The notes under the pieces are model-generated. The model was not told the DNA's origin, made no database searches, and worked only from the letters and a program-made list of their open reading frames with translations. A program made the position numbers and the translations under genes. Positions 1 to 13,407 of a DNA stretch of 64,000 nt are shown here, in pieces; position 1 is the stretch's first letter, and each line of letters opens with the position of its first letter. Origin of the DNA: Octopus bimaculoides (lineage: Eukaryota); NCBI RefSeq assembly GCF_001194135.2, contig NC_068985.1, forward strand, positions 101,405,282-101,469,281. Direction: 5' to 3'.

Positions 1-179
1 ATTAGTACATATCTAAAAGAAGAAACTACTGTATTTCGCCATACACTTATTCATGGCGTCCAGATAAAGTGAAAGCTAGTATTTTCAATGAATACCAGAT
101 AATGGAATATGGTTGCATCAATTTTAGCTGAGGTAACATACTACTGGTAGATTCAGATGGCATTTTCGCCACAGTTCAA
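1..179. repeat. Left arm of near-perfect inverted repeat (partner 1869-2047)
   Basis: 1-179 is the reverse complement of 1869-2047 with a single mismatch; the arm may continue beyond the window start. Confidence 0.95.
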
Positions 180-244
180 AAGTGGGCAACAAAAAGCAAA
201 GCATATAGGCAAGACATGTCTCAGAAATTATCTAAGAATTTACT

Positions 245-298
245 TGACATTAGATGAGAGTTTCAACTAAATGACATTAGATGAGAGTTTCAACTAAA
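245..298 (+). repeat. Exact 27-bp tandem duplication
   Basis: TGACATTAGATGAGAGTTTCAACTAAA occurs twice (245-271, 272-298). Confidence 0.95.
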
Positions 299-1049
299 TA
301 AATATGTGGTATTATATAGAAAACATTGAGCAAACTATATTATTTAAAATCAAAATATAATGCGTGATGAAAGTTTTGGACAGCTGTATAAACAACATCA
401 TGTATAAAGTGAGGGAAAGTTTATCGCACCATTGAGTGTGTACATCTGACGTTCAATACATTCATCATACATGTACAAACATGCGCGCATACAAACACAG
501 GCACACACATAAACACACACATATACCATTGCATACGCTTACACAAACGTACGGACAGCTGCATATTATGTATACATACTTAACACAGAATGGTTGTCGG
601 TTATACAGAAACCGTAAATAATGTGAGAATCGGTAATAATACTGCCGAAATCTCCTAAACACTGAAACATTGGTACCTTACAGAGCTTGATTTAACGTAC
701 GTATTTAATTTCGAAAGAGAATACATGCCAGGTCATCTGAATATATGCTGCAGTTGTTGATATTAATGTTGGTTGCCTGAAGTAATTTATGCTTGACATA
801 TATGAGTAAGCAACATGCCAAGAAAATATGTCTGTGTGCAATTCGTAGTATCATTTTGGGCAATATATCTAAAACTAAGTAAAACAAACAAGAAAGTTCG
901 TAGTAAAAGGAGAAATAGTAGAAAATAGTAGAAAAGGAAAATGTGATTTATAAAAATAAAAATAAAATCTAAGTTTCGCGAACGAGGAGGAAGATACAGC
1001 AACGACAACTCTTTGAGGGCATACAATGCCATAACAAACTCAAAACACC

Positions 1050-1083
<34 letters not shown>

Positions 1084-1699
1084 NNNNNNNNNNNNNNNNN
1101 NNNNNNNNNNNNNNNNNNNNNNNNNNNNNNNNNNNNNNNNNNNNNNNNNNNNNNNNNNNNNNNNNNNNNNNNNNNNNNNNNNNNNNNNNNNNNNNNNNNN
1201 NNNNNNNNNNNNNNNNNNNNNNNNNNNNNNNNNNNNNNNNNNNNNNNNNNNNNNNNNNNNNNNNNNNNNNNNNNNNNNNNNNNNNNNNNNNNNNNNNNNN
1301 NNNNNNNNNNNNNNNNNNNNNNNNNNNNNNNNNNNNNNNNNNNNNNNNNNNNNNNNNNNNNNNNNNNNNNNNNNNNNNNNNNNNNNNNNNNNNNNNNNNN
1401 NNNNNNNNNNNNNNNNNNNNNNNNNNNNNNNNNNNNNNNNNNNNNNNNNNNNNNNNNNNNNNNNNNNNNNNNNNNNNNNNNNNNNNNNNNNNNNNNNNNN
1501 NNNNNNNNNNNNNNNNNNNNNNNNNNNNNNNNNNNNNNNNNNNNNNNNNNNNNNNNNNNNNNNNNNNNNNNNNNNNNNNNNNNNNNNNNNNNNNNNNNNN
1601 NNNNNNNNNNNNNNNNNNNNNNNNNNNNNNNNNNNNNNNNNNNNNNNNNNNNNNNNNNNNNNNNNNNNNNNNNNNNNNNNNNNNNNNNNNNNNNNNNNN

Positions 1700-1868
1700 A
1701 TATGGGAGAATATACAAACAATAACAACAGACGAGGACAGGTGGTGTAAATAACAAAAGTATATATTAGTATGACGCTCGGGAATACGGAAAGTCTTTGA
1801 CGTTTCGAGCTACGCTCTTCAATAGAAAGAATACGGAGACAAGGAGAAAAAAACACGGAGAAAAAAAA
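1700..1868 (-). mobile_element. Penelope-like pLTR/3' end fragment with degenerate minimal hammerhead motif (1794-1830)
   Basis: Minus strand reads TCTTT-CTATTGA-A-GAGC-gta-GCTC-GAAAC-GTC-AAAGA: stems I and II and a palindromic ACGT stem III are intact, while the core deviates from CUGANGA. Architecture matches the PLE end at 60036-60165. Confidence 0.65.
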
Positions 1869-2047
1869 TTGAACTGTGGCGAAAATGCCATCTGAATCTA
1901 CCAGTAGTATATTACCTCAGCTAAAATTGATGCAACCATATTCCATTATCTGGTATTCATTGAAAATACTAGCTTTCACTTTATCTGGACGCCATGAATA
2001 AGTGTATGGCGAAATACAGTAGTTTCTTCTTTTAGATATGTACTAAT
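1869..2047. repeat. Right arm of near-perfect inverted repeat (partner 1-179)
   Basis: Base-by-base reverse-complement match to 1-179 (178/179). Confidence 0.95.
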
Positions 2048-2320
2048 ATATCCTCAGGTGATTGGAACATAATTTTGACATTATTTATTCGCCATTACAC
2101 ATATTCCAAGACTTACAAAGTTTTACATCTAGATGGCAAATGTTTTTTTTTTTCATTTCGTTCCTTTCGGGAACCTATCCCTATTTTTGTGGTTCTAGAA
2201 CCTTACTGTTGTTTCTAGCGTAAGGAATCCCATAAGTGGATTCCTCTTATGTGTTTACATATACACTGTATCTTATGAGTAATTCATAGGCTTTNNNNNN
2301 NNNNTGTGTGTGTGTGTGTG

Positions 2321-2360
<40 letters not shown>

Positions 2361-2364
2361 AGAA

Positions 2365-2677
2365 GGCGCTTGACTCAGTAGTTAGAGCGTCGGATTCATA
2401 GTTATGAGGGAGGGAACTGGATTACCTGACCGGCTAGTGTATTATGTTTTTGACCAAGCCTACTTCACGTTGTTGCAGTTCATTCAGCTTTGGAAATGAG
2501 TTGCGAAGACACCGGCGCCAACATTTATCGGCTTTCCCTTTCCCGTTAGTGGCGTGAAGAAGGGAGGTTGGTATACCTGGGTGACTAATTGTTGTTTTTC
2601 CCATAAACAACCTTGTCCTCAGAGGGTAACTTTCACGTTGCAATCCCATGGCCAGTCATGCCAAGGTGGTCTTTACC
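2365..2677 (+). mobile_element. tRNA-derived SINE
   Basis: tRNA-like head with A-box (TGACTCAGTAGTTAGAGC), decayed B-box and SINE body, set between (TG)n arrays. Confidence 0.75.
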
Positions 2678-2813
2678 TCGTATATATGCGTGTGTGTGTT
2701 CGTTTGTGCCTATCTGAGTATGGCTGTGTGCGTGTGTGTATATGCTTATGTGTGTGTGTGTGTGTGCGTTTGTGTAAATGTGTATGTGTATGTGTGTGTG
2801 GGTGTGGGTGTGT

Positions 2814-2850
<37 letters not shown>

Positions 2851-3316
2851 ATTGCCTGAAATAAAATAAATATACACTTTTAGTGTAATGAAGGAAATTA
2901 TAGCCTTGGAAACCAAAATTATTCGTATGTTTCCGTGGGTTTTACTAACATGACCCTAGTCATATATTTACCAATTTATTTTTTTGATAACTTTTAAAAT
3001 TTTTTATTAGAAAAAGTAGTTCCATAATAATCCAGTCTAAAAATGATGTAACAGCCCTTTCGAACTCTCTATGATTCTATTGCATTCCAGTAACACTTAA
3101 CGTAGCGAGTTGGCATAATTTTTGGATGTCGGACAAAATGATTCACTCAGCTTTACATCCCCGTTTCAAATCCGCTGAGGTCAAGGTTAGCAATCATCTT
3201 CACGTGGTCGAAAAAAGAAGGGCCAGTAAAGAACAAGGGTTGATATGATTGACTTGTACTTCTTCCTTAATATCAGGTCTTGTCTTATTTTAGAAAGAAT
3301 TACCAGTGATATTTAT

Positions 3317-3486
3317 AAGGTGCTTAGCTGACAAGTCAATTGCCACGGAGAGAAGGATGGTGGATAGTGTTTCGTGCATCTGAGTTAAATTCAGCCGAGG
3401 TCGACATTGCTTTTCATGATTTCGGAGCCGATAGAATATGCATCTCTTGAGCACAATAGTCGGTGTAATCAACTAGTCCCCTACAC
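3317..3486 (+). mobile_element. Decayed copy of abundant tRNA-derived SINE family
   Basis: Carries the family motif GCCGAGGTCGAC...TTTTCAT...GATA, as in copies at 22556, 27450, 28211 and 47125; a further fragment lies at ~3140-3255. Confidence 0.65.
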
Positions 3487-4514
3487 CGACATTATTAGTC
3501 TATGTCGGAAGTTAGGAAGAATGTTAGTAAAATTGATAAGTCGGTGAGGTAGCAAGTCAACACTGGTGTAAACGTTGTTTAAGTAGAGATAAGCAAAACT
3601 CAGCTGCTTTGGCAAAGGAAAATATGTGAATTATACACACGACATGCGGTACCTCTCTGTGTAGAAGAATTATGAATTTTGTCTCTCTACAATATAACTA
3701 TACTTTTTTTATAACATACCCTTTCGGAGCAAAAATTTTGCAAAACAAATTCTAAATAAAATGTTTGCAAGATTTAGCTAATCTAGCAGACAACTAAAGC
3801 AAACAGTATGTTATCTTTAGAAAGAAAACCAACTCGGTTATATTAGTTCGTAAAATATTAAATATCTTGCAAACTGTACACAAACACTCTCAGTTCATCA
3901 GTAAACTAACTAAAACTCAGAAGCATTAAAATGAAACATTAAGGTGAACTCTACTCTTAAATGTGAGAAACTATAAGAATTGTTTAACTACACAAGTTGT
4001 AAAGATATTCCTCTTTACGTTCCAGTTTGAATACTGAAATTTAATATACAGTAATATAGTAACCAGCAGTTCTTGACCAAACTAACTTGGATGAAACAAG
4101 AACATCAATTTACCTGTGAGTATCAGAGATAGCCAAACATTATTGATTCATATATCTCTACACTAATTCTTTAACACAGACACACAATTTGAAATACTAA
4201 TACAGACTCACAGTACCTAACGATTATCACGTATAAGTGCAGAAAAAAACCCTCTTTAACATAAATGCCGAAAGTATGCAGAATAAAAATGATCTATAAA
4301 ATAAACATCTGCTTCAAACTCAACAGGAATCCTTCTCTAAATTAGATGCAAATAAAAGAATAGCAGCACCAGCAGGAATAACTAACCTAGGAACAACTCT
4401 GATGTGTGGCGGGGAAGTACAGGTATACATACACCTGACAAATGAGAGAAGTAATGCAGATTAAGTGAAATTATTACGGGAGCTGAAGATGATAGAATCA
4501 CAAATAACAATTAA

Positions 4515-5570
4515 CAGTACCACACCTCAAATGTTCCCTCGTTTACTTGCATTTTGTTCTTGTCTGCCCATTGCTTTACTTTGTAAATCAGACTCCCGTC
4601 TTATTCATGGATAATTTTATGGAACTTAGAGTCATCAGGAATATTTTCACTTTCCTGTGTTTTATGACGCTGGAAAGGTCGTTTATGTAAACTCTAAAGA
4701 GAAACGGAGCCACGACAGTTCCCCGAGGAACACCACTCTTTACTTTGCTGGGCTTCAGGGGATTTCACCGATCACAACCTATTCTGTTCTGTTCCACGGA
4801 TTCCAACACTTGATAATTTTGACAGTAGGATATTATGGTCGAATCTGTCTAACATTTTACTGAAGTCAAGATATATGACAACAGAGTTCGACCCAGATTC
4901 CGAGGCTTTAAGAATATCATCGATCGGATGTAAGAGTCGTGTTAGTCAGTCCCTGTCCCAGCAAACGCAATGCTGTCTTGAATTTGGAAAATTGCTTCTC
5001 TCCAAAAGCCAGCTATCCTTGATCTCACCATCCTTTCAAACACTTTATTGATATGGGAGTTGAGTGAGACTGGACGATAGTTGACTGCGAGGGATCTGTT
5101 TCGTCCTTTGGGAATCGAATTCCTTCACATCCCTTACCTTAATATCAGTGGGAAAACAAAAGACAGAGCAGTATTGTTTCTATAGTACTTCTGCTATTTC
5201 TTTCGCATCATGCTGAAAATTTCCGTCATCATCGATCAAAGGCCAACGTGTGAGACAGCGGTCCTACGCTGATTTGCGTATGAAGCGAACACTTTTGGTC
5301 TCAGTTTTTGATTAACCGGTGTTCCTCGGCAGCTCTTTAATTTCCAATGCAGGTTTTCGTGTTGATCTGCAGATAATTTTGTTCCTACTCCTGTTGAATC
5401 TGTATATACTACGTGGGAATACTTTAATTGGGTGACTTTTTAATTAAGTGCTTTGATACTTTGATACTCCTGATGAGTATTGTTTTCTCTCAGGGAGCCT
5501 GTTTCTATCTGTGCTACTGGATTTCGTCTGAACGTGTTTTGAGCATATATAGGTGACAATGTCGTCAAAT
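4515..5570 (-). mobile_element. CR1/Jockey-group LINE ORF2 reverse transcriptase relic
   Basis: Minus-strand translation with stops and frameshifts: NYRPVSLNSHINKVFERMVR, VIYLDFSK..DHNILLSKL, VKSGVPRGTVVAPFLFRVYINDL, KIF-DDSK, WADKNKMQVN. Confidence 0.92.
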
Positions 5571-7357
5571 AACCTATGTATATATATATATATCTAACTA
5601 TTTCGTGTGTCAAATAGCTATCTANNNNNNNNNNNNNNNNNNNNNNNNNNNNNNNNNNNNNNNNNNNNNNNNNNNNNNNNNNNNNNNNNNNNNNNNNNNN
5701 NNNNNNNNNNNNNNNNNNNNNNNNNNNNNNNNNNNNNNNNNNNNNNNNNNNNNNNNNNNNNNNNNNNNNNNNNNNNNNNNNNNNNNNNNNNNNNNNNNNN
5801 NNNNNNNNNNNNNNNNNNNNNNNNNNNNNNNNNNNNNNNNNNNNNNNNNNNNNNNNNNNNNNNNNNNNNNNNNNNNNNNNNNNNNNNNNNNNNNNNNNNN
5901 NNNNNNNNNNNNNNNNNNNNNNNNNNNNNNNNNNNNNNNNNNNNNNNNNNNNNNNNNNNNNNNNNNNNNNNNNNNNNNNNNNNNNNNNNNNNNNNNNNNN
6001 NNNNNNNNNNNNNNNNNNNNNNNNNNNNNNNNNNNNNNNNNNNNNNNNNNNNNNNNNNNNNNNNNNNNNNNNNNNNNNNNNNNNNNNNNNNNNNNNNNNN
6101 NNNNNNNNNNNNNNNNNNNNNNNNNNNNNNNNNNNNNNNNNNNNNNNNNNNNNNNNNNNNNNNNNNNNNNNNNNNNNNNNNNNNNNNNNNNNNNNNNNNN
6201 NNNNNNNNNNNNNNNNNNNNNNNNNNNNNNNNNNNNNNNNNNNNNNNNNNNNNNNNNNNNNNNNNNNNNNNNNNNNNNNNNNNNNNNNNNNNNNNNNNNN
6301 NNNNNNNNNNNNNNNNNNNNNNNNNNNNNNNNNNNNNNNNNNNNNNNNNNNNNNNNNTATATATATACATATATATATATATATATACATACATATACAC
6401 ATACATACACAGCATACATATGCATATAAGTGCATGCGTCTTCTTGTGTACAGTTTCATTTTCATATACATGTATGTGTACAAACGCGATGTTTTGCTTG
6501 TGTGTAAAACAGAATACATTAATAGGCGTGTATGTGTGTGCGCGCGCGTGTGCTTCTCAATACGCAGAATGTTCACAAATATCTCTGCTTGATATCTATT
6601 GTATCCGAACTTTTTTTCTGATTGATGCAAGGTAAATAACAAATTCGAAAATAAGGCAAATTGACAAAGCATTTCAAATTAACAACTAATGTTTGTATAA
6701 GATAGCACTGTATAAAGACCGGACAGCTGCACGTAAAGGAGGTATACATAACTTCATACTCATACGCAAATGAGAATTAATAGACTTTGAGAATTAATGG
6801 ATTTGAAATTGTTCAGTGAAATATCGATTCCTTCATGATTGATCGCATATGTGGCATAATGTTACTTTTTTGTAAATGTCTTATAATTTCTATTTACGTT
6901 AAATTTATCATCCCATAATGAAAGGCTCATTTGGTTTCGTAATAAGTGTTTCCTGCGCATTCAATAAGCTAAATTTTTAAACGGCGAATAAAACCTATCA
7001 CCTCGTTCTACCGCATGAATTGTGATATTCCGAGCTTGTTTCAGTAGATATCTGTATGTAGTGCTTGTGTTGAAGATTTGAAGTCGGTCCCACGTTTCCA
7101 TGTATGAAAATAATTTTTAAAAAATCAGAATGAATCTGTCAAAGATTGCCTGGAGGAAAATTTAAGTACGTATTTATTTATTTATTTATCTCCGATTATA
7201 TGCTCTTTTTACAATCGTTAGATAATGATATCTCAAAGCGCCTCATTGCTGCGTCAGAGGAAGGGGATGAAATGTGTCTCCATGTACGAATTTTATATTA
7301 AGGTCTATAGAAGGATGTGTGTCTTCAATAAAATGTTAGTTTTTTTTTCATGCCCAG

Positions 7358-7538
7358 TGGCGTTGCCATTTCTTGTTATTACTACAGCTTCTCCGTCTTT
7401 TGTGGCTGTAGCCTTTGTCACAGTTCTTGTTACACTTTTGATATTGTGTCAGATTAATGACAGTTATAATTTGTTAATGCTAGAGCCGTTGCCCGTGATG
7501 CATTTCAAATGCATTTCGTGCCACTGCTGTTGCCTTCT
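7358..7538 (+). other. Candidate exon (low confidence)
   Basis: Poly-T acceptor (TTTTTTTTTCATGCCCAG) and CT|GTGAGT donor; one frame is open and hydrophobic. Could instead be the antisense of a decayed element. Confidence 0.2.
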
Positions 7539-8060
7539 GTGAGTCCTTGGTTTCACCTGTATCGTCTTCTGAGATGTTTGTGTGCTTGTTTGGGTTACAG
7601 AAGCATATTTCTTCCTTCATGTGAAACATATTGTGAGAAGAATGCTCTCTGATACGTGGCTGTACTAATCGTTTGTTACTTAGACAATTTCCAAAATTAC
7701 GAGGACCTATGTACAGATTCGAAGTTGTATTAGATAAATACTCTCGTCCAGGGTTTCATGTTATATATCTCATTTCAATCACTACCAACTTTTCTCTGTC
7801 ATTTGATACACTAGCATATCTCTCTAAACATGCATAGCTCCCATCTACTCTTCGCTATATTATTGTGGCACACCTTCCTCAATTACATTCAGCAATCTAT
7901 GACCATTTATATAGTATGAGTATATATTTCTTTCTGTTTGCCACAGTTAAAAGCCCCATTTTCAAAGCGTTTTTGTGACGTCTTATTTATTTTGTGTTCT
8001 ATTATTCTCTAGAACTGCCTTTTCAAATATATTTTCTATAAGGAAAATATCTACTTTCAG

Positions 8061-8092
8061 CGTCTTACCGCAACAAACAACTTCCGAGGATG
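8061..8092 (+). other. Candidate 32-nt exon
   Basis: CTACTTTCAG| acceptor and consensus ATG|GTAAGT donor; open in all three frames. Confidence 0.4.
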
Positions 8093-9277
8093 GTAAGTAC
8101 TCAAAATTGTGAAATATATACTCAGCTTTCTTTTCATCATCCCTGCTTAGCATGCCACTAAATATACTTCCTATGTGACACAGCATACTGTACGAAATTA
8201 TAAGATATGTTCGGTATTTAGAGATACGAAGGACAGCTCTTAGTTTTCTATGAACGATGTATTCTACGCCTCTAACTGACGAAACGTAACCATGTAGTAA
8301 CTAATGTGTTAATTCAGTTAGAACGCTGAAATTTGTTTCCACACACCTGGTTAATAAGAAGAATTTCTCGTCCGAGATATAAGGGTATAAATCTACACGA
8401 GCGTATTAGATATAAATGTACAAAAGTTTTAATATAACCACCACAGGTAATTTGTCATTAATTCACATTTAGCGAGATATTATGTTTATGAGTGTGTGCG
8501 AAATCATGTGCCGATAAAATGCGATGAACTCTCGATATATTTCCATGTAGTGCTGCATATGTTTAATATAAACCAATTATGAATGTGTATTTTGTCTCCA
8601 TGACCTGCGCAGTAATCAGGGTCTTTGCACTAAGATCTATAACCGGGTTTATGTGATATATATGGTATTCCTGTGATTGAATGCGTCCCGAATATGATTA
8701 ATGTTTATGAGTTCATTTCACTTTTGATGGCTTTCGGCGTTATATTAAATAGTACCGGATTATCTGCGGCAAACTACTTTCGTCAGTCTCCAGATCGTAT
8801 GACGGTGTCATTTTATGTAAGGGGCATGTGGCGGGGATATTAATCATAATTTATTTTAAGATCAACGTTAATATAATCAGGGTATCGCTACTAGAATTAA
8901 TGTAGACACTCACATACAGGCACACGGTCACTCTGTCACTCACACACATATATGTATAAGTAATTATGTAAGTTTGTAGATGTAAATATGTGTTTTATGC
9001 AATAAAAGAAGATTTAAATAGTAAATACGAACCCATATAACATACCTAAAGTAAATACAACGACTGTAACAAATTTATTGCGGTATTCGACCAGAGGTAA
9101 CGTGCATTATGTATGCACAGATTTTAAAATATCTACGGGCTTAGCTGGAAATTGTCCCAGCAACGTCTACCGAGATCACCTGATGCAATGCTGGCTAGTT
9201 GCCTGAATGCATATGTATATATAAGAACAGACACAATCTTATACACACAGTCACACACACACACATGCATATATGCA

Positions 9278-9342
<65 letters not shown>

Positions 9343-10370
9343 TTTGAGTGTAGAAGTAAGAAAAACGAGGAGAGAGCCATGCATTGACGTCTCACATTCG
9401 AACATAGATAAATAGTAAAACAAGAACAGTGTAAAAGTGCAGGTATTTCCTTTTATGTTCTAGAACTGCTCAAAACCATTTCCAAGACGGTTATTTCAAC
9501 GCATCTCACTCAACTGCAGTAACTTTTGAAGATAAAAGTTATTTGTGTCTGTACCTCCTTTAGATTGCTAGGGAAGCTTCACGGAAAAATATCAGCAACA
9601 GCAGCATAAGGTCTCTGTTGTTGATTTCTTTAGATGTTCTGAAGATTTTACTATAAATTTTCTAAGAGATGGTATTCTATCGTGTCCCTAAATTAATAAG
9701 CCGAACTACATTTTTTGAGGCTATAAAGAAATTTGCGACCGTTTTCTTCGGTCAATAAAAAAACAATTCAAACATGCTTTGAAAATTGTTTTAAATGCGT
9801 AAATAATGAAGGAAGGTAACCTGCAGTTATTTTCGGATTAAGATTATTACCACAAGTATTGTACATCAATACGCAGGTTTTTCCACAACAAACATAGAAT
9901 ACCCGAAGAAAAATAAATAAATAAATAAATAAATAATTGCTTACCTATCCCAATATTGAATATTATTTCTTCTGAAATCTCAAGAAACATGTGATACGCT
10001 TAACTGTTTTAAATGTTCAAACAATTTTATAGCGACAAAGAGGCTGTGGATCTTGATTTTCTTTCTTTTCTTTCTCCTCGTTTCCTTTATTGCATCAAAT
10101 TTCTTCGTGCTTTTCTTCTCGTTTACCTTTCATGTTTTCCTATCTCCCAGCGTTCTAATATACAAATAGCTCTAGTGGCATGATACTGAAAGATTGCTTG
10201 GAGAAACAGCATATTATGTAAACCTACCAAATTATTCTATCTCTATTATAGAGATTCTATATCATATACCTATTAGTATCTCATTTTTATATTGTGTTAT
10301 ATTAATGATACTATCTCTCAGTGGATAGAGTGCATTTTGTTGATCCTACCTCTAACAGAAGAGTAAACTG

Positions 10371-10735
10371 CGGTTCCGGGCTCAGTCCCACTGTGTGGCA
10401 TTATACAAAAGTGTCTTCTCCTATAGCCTAGGGATGACCAAAGATGTGCATGTGGATACGGCAGACGGAAACTGGAAGAAGCCAATGGTATATATATATA
10501 TATATATATATACATATGTGCATGTGTGTGGTTGTATGTGTGTGAGTGTGTGTATCTTTGTGCCTGCGGTGTCCCCCCTACTATCGCTTGACTCCCCGGG
10601 AGGATGTGTTTACGTCGGCGTTAACTAGTGGTTGGACAAAATGAAGAGATAAAACAAGTACCAGACTTAATAAAAAGAGCACTCGAGTATAAATCCTTCA
10701 AGACGGTGCCCCGGCATGATTGAAGCAAGTAAAAA
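10371..10735 (+). mobile_element. CORE-type SINE (OR2-like) with internal (TA)/(TG) microsatellite
   Basis: GGTTCCGGGCTCAGTCCCACTG head, CORE-like AAGTGTCTTCTCCTATAGCC, GACGGAAACTG junction, microsatellite, then 3' body. Confidence 0.8.
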
Positions 10736-11108
10736 ATTAAAAAGCACACACACACACACACATACACACACACACATACGCACATACACACGAACATACG
10801 CATACACACACAGAGATATATAAAAGGAAATTAAAAACAAATATATCATCTGATATATTCGAGAATATACTGAGATTTTATGTTACAGATACGATAGGAA
10901 TAGATACAAAATAAAATAATTACAACTAATTTAAATTACAATGACATGAATTCCTTCAGTTCCGTTTGGACATTTTTACTAAGTCTAGACGCTGAATTAA
11001 AAGCAGAAGGGTGACGAATTCTAGCATATTTAACATATGTATACTTGTATTAATGTTCACACCATTTGTACTTCCATTATTTCAATCCATTTTTAATATT
11101 TTACACAG

Positions 11109-11160
11109 GTGTTGACTTGGTATTTTTCGAAATGTCACATGGATGCTGAACACTGATTTT
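11109..11160 (+). other. Candidate 52-nt exon, non-coding or stop-containing
   Basis: Pyrimidine-rich upstream tract ending TTTTACACAG|, with TTT|GTAAGT donor; stop codons in all three frames. Confidence 0.4.
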
Positions 11161-11461
11161 GTAAGTAATTATTTGATCCATGAAGCATTATTAAAGGAAA
11201 TGATGCTAATGCTATCTCGTATCTCGTACAACTGTTATGTTTCGAATATAATTGCTTTTACTTGGTTGATTGTTATACATCAATAATAAAAATGCCGCTT
11301 GCGGAATTTATCTTTATGACATCCTAATATTAAACGATTTTTATACCTTTCATACTCGTTTCATATCCGGTTTTAGGGTTTTTAGTTCCCTAAACATAAA
11401 TTATATTTGCATCCTTTTTCTACAAGAACGAAATAGTAAATTTTTATGTTACCTTTCACCG

Positions 11462-11670
11462 TTTATTACCTTCGCCTTTGCAAAGGCGGAGGTATTGTTA
11501 TCAGTCGCGTTTTTCTGTGTGCTTGCTTGTTTGACCGAGGTCAAGATATCCCAAGAACCATTGGATGGATTTGGATGAGACTTTCAGGGGTGTTTGGCCT
11601 CGTGACTGACACGGACTGATTAGATTATGGGATCGATCCGGTACCGGTCAAGGTTTCTGAATCATTTGTT
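11462..11670 (+). mobile_element. Helentron-type non-autonomous element (HINE/DINE-1-like), 3'-truncated
   Basis: 5' subTIR hairpin TTATTACCTTCGCC...GGCGGAGGTA, short GTTT-type repeat, body shared with 40190-40517. Confidence 0.7.
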
Positions 11671-12689
11671 ATATCTACTTTACATGATTACCATCTTACA
11701 TTAACTTTCAAGTCTTTATCAATTATCTCCATTTAGACTGTAGCTATCTTCAAATGTGAATTTGTTAACGTTGCCTTCTATTAGATAAGGATAAAATATT
11801 TATTACTCTTAATAAATTTTCTACAGCCATTTTCACATTCCCGTTGTCAAGATGTGGTAGACAGCTTTGAAACACAAACACGTCGATATGTTTATATATA
11901 CATATACAGTGCGACTTTTTACAATGTTCGTCCCCTAAATCTATTAAGAAGGGTTTAATCGACTCGGCATCATAATAGAAGTCACATGCGTGAAGCGGCA
12001 CACAGTGGAATCATGTGGTTGGGAAACTAAATTCTTGACATATAGCTAACTTGCTACGAGCTTTCAAAAGTTTATGATAGAAAATAGATACTATATCAAC
12101 AGAAATGTGCGGTGATATCATCAATTTTGTAGATTCCTAAAGGCATGAAAACTTGACTTTTCTAATGTCAGTGTGTAGTCAATAATTTAATTAACGCTAT
12201 GGAGTTGTTACCATATGTTATGAAATTGAATCAATACAGTCGATATATTATCTTTAGCACTTAATTGGAATATACATCGTAGGATATATTTATTGAGAAA
12301 TTTAAAGAATCTCAGAATAACATTGGTTGAATGCATTAATCTTTCGACAATATTAAAATTGTATCTTCAAAGTTAATTTATTTTATAAAATTTCGGTTGG
12401 AACTTTCAGTAGATATTTTAAACTGAAAACATCGGTTCCGTTTTCACTGTAGATTTTAGCTCATCTCTAGTTCATTTGAAGAATGTTGATAATAATTTTA
12501 AAAGCCCATAATTTGGTTCGAAAATAATATTCAGCTATGATTATTAAATGTAATTTCGTGTGACTAAATTTCACAATATATCTTGAAATGCTCATTACTA
12601 CAATGAATAACTGGAAGATCATATAATGAAATAAAGAAATATAACATGGAAACTTCATAGACTTTCTTTTCAAATATTCTTTTGGGCTT

Positions 12690-12985
12690 CATTGCACCCA
12701 ACGAACAGGTTGGCATAGTTGGGTCCCATTTTCATTCCCATGGTCGCTCCTGGGTCTTTTGATAAAACTCACCCGCGAACGAGAAGCAGTTGAGGGAGAG
12801 GAAAGTTCGGACAGATGAAGAGGTTTGAAGGTGTCCGGTTGAGGGACAAGCCGGTTGAGGGAAATTGTAATGTCAAAGGTGAACAGAAGTTCAGAGTAGT
12901 CAGAATAGAAGAAGTAAAACATAAATATGAGAGCATAACTTGTGTCGTGGATGTCTGAGGGGATGACAGAGACTAGCGGGACAAT
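12690..12985 (-). mobile_element. Penelope-like element RT relic
   Basis: Frameshifted minus-strand translation: PSDIHDT, LLFTFDIT, SLNCFSFAGEFYQK, GATMGMKMGPNYANLFVGC (PLE RT motifs). Confidence 0.85.
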
Positions 12986-13034
12986 GTATATATGTATACA
13001 CACGCATACATAAATGCATACGCATACATATACA

Positions 13035-13375
13035 GGCGCGGGCGTCGCTGTGCGGTAAGAAGCCTGCTTCCCAATCATATGTTCCTAAATGCAGGCCCCA
13101 CATTGTGTAACCTTGGGCAAGCGTTTCCTGTAGTAGCCTTCAGCCTACCAAAGTCTTATATGTGGATTTGGTAGACAAAGTGGAAGCCCATCGTGTGTNN
13201 NNNNNNNNNNNNNNNNNNNNNNNNNNNNNNNNNNNNNNNNNNNNNNNNNNNNNNNNNNNNNNNNNNNNNNNNNNNNNNNNNNNNNNNNNNNNNNNNNNNN
13301 NNNNNNNNNNNNNNNNNNNNNNNNNNNNNNNNNNNNNNNNNNNNNNNNNNNNNNNNNNNNNNNNNNNNNNNNNNN

Positions 13376-13407
<32 letters not shown>

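Noticed and set aside
2365-2440. tRNA gene
   Set aside because: The cloverleaf cannot be completed, the B-box is decayed, and the sequence continues into a SINE body.
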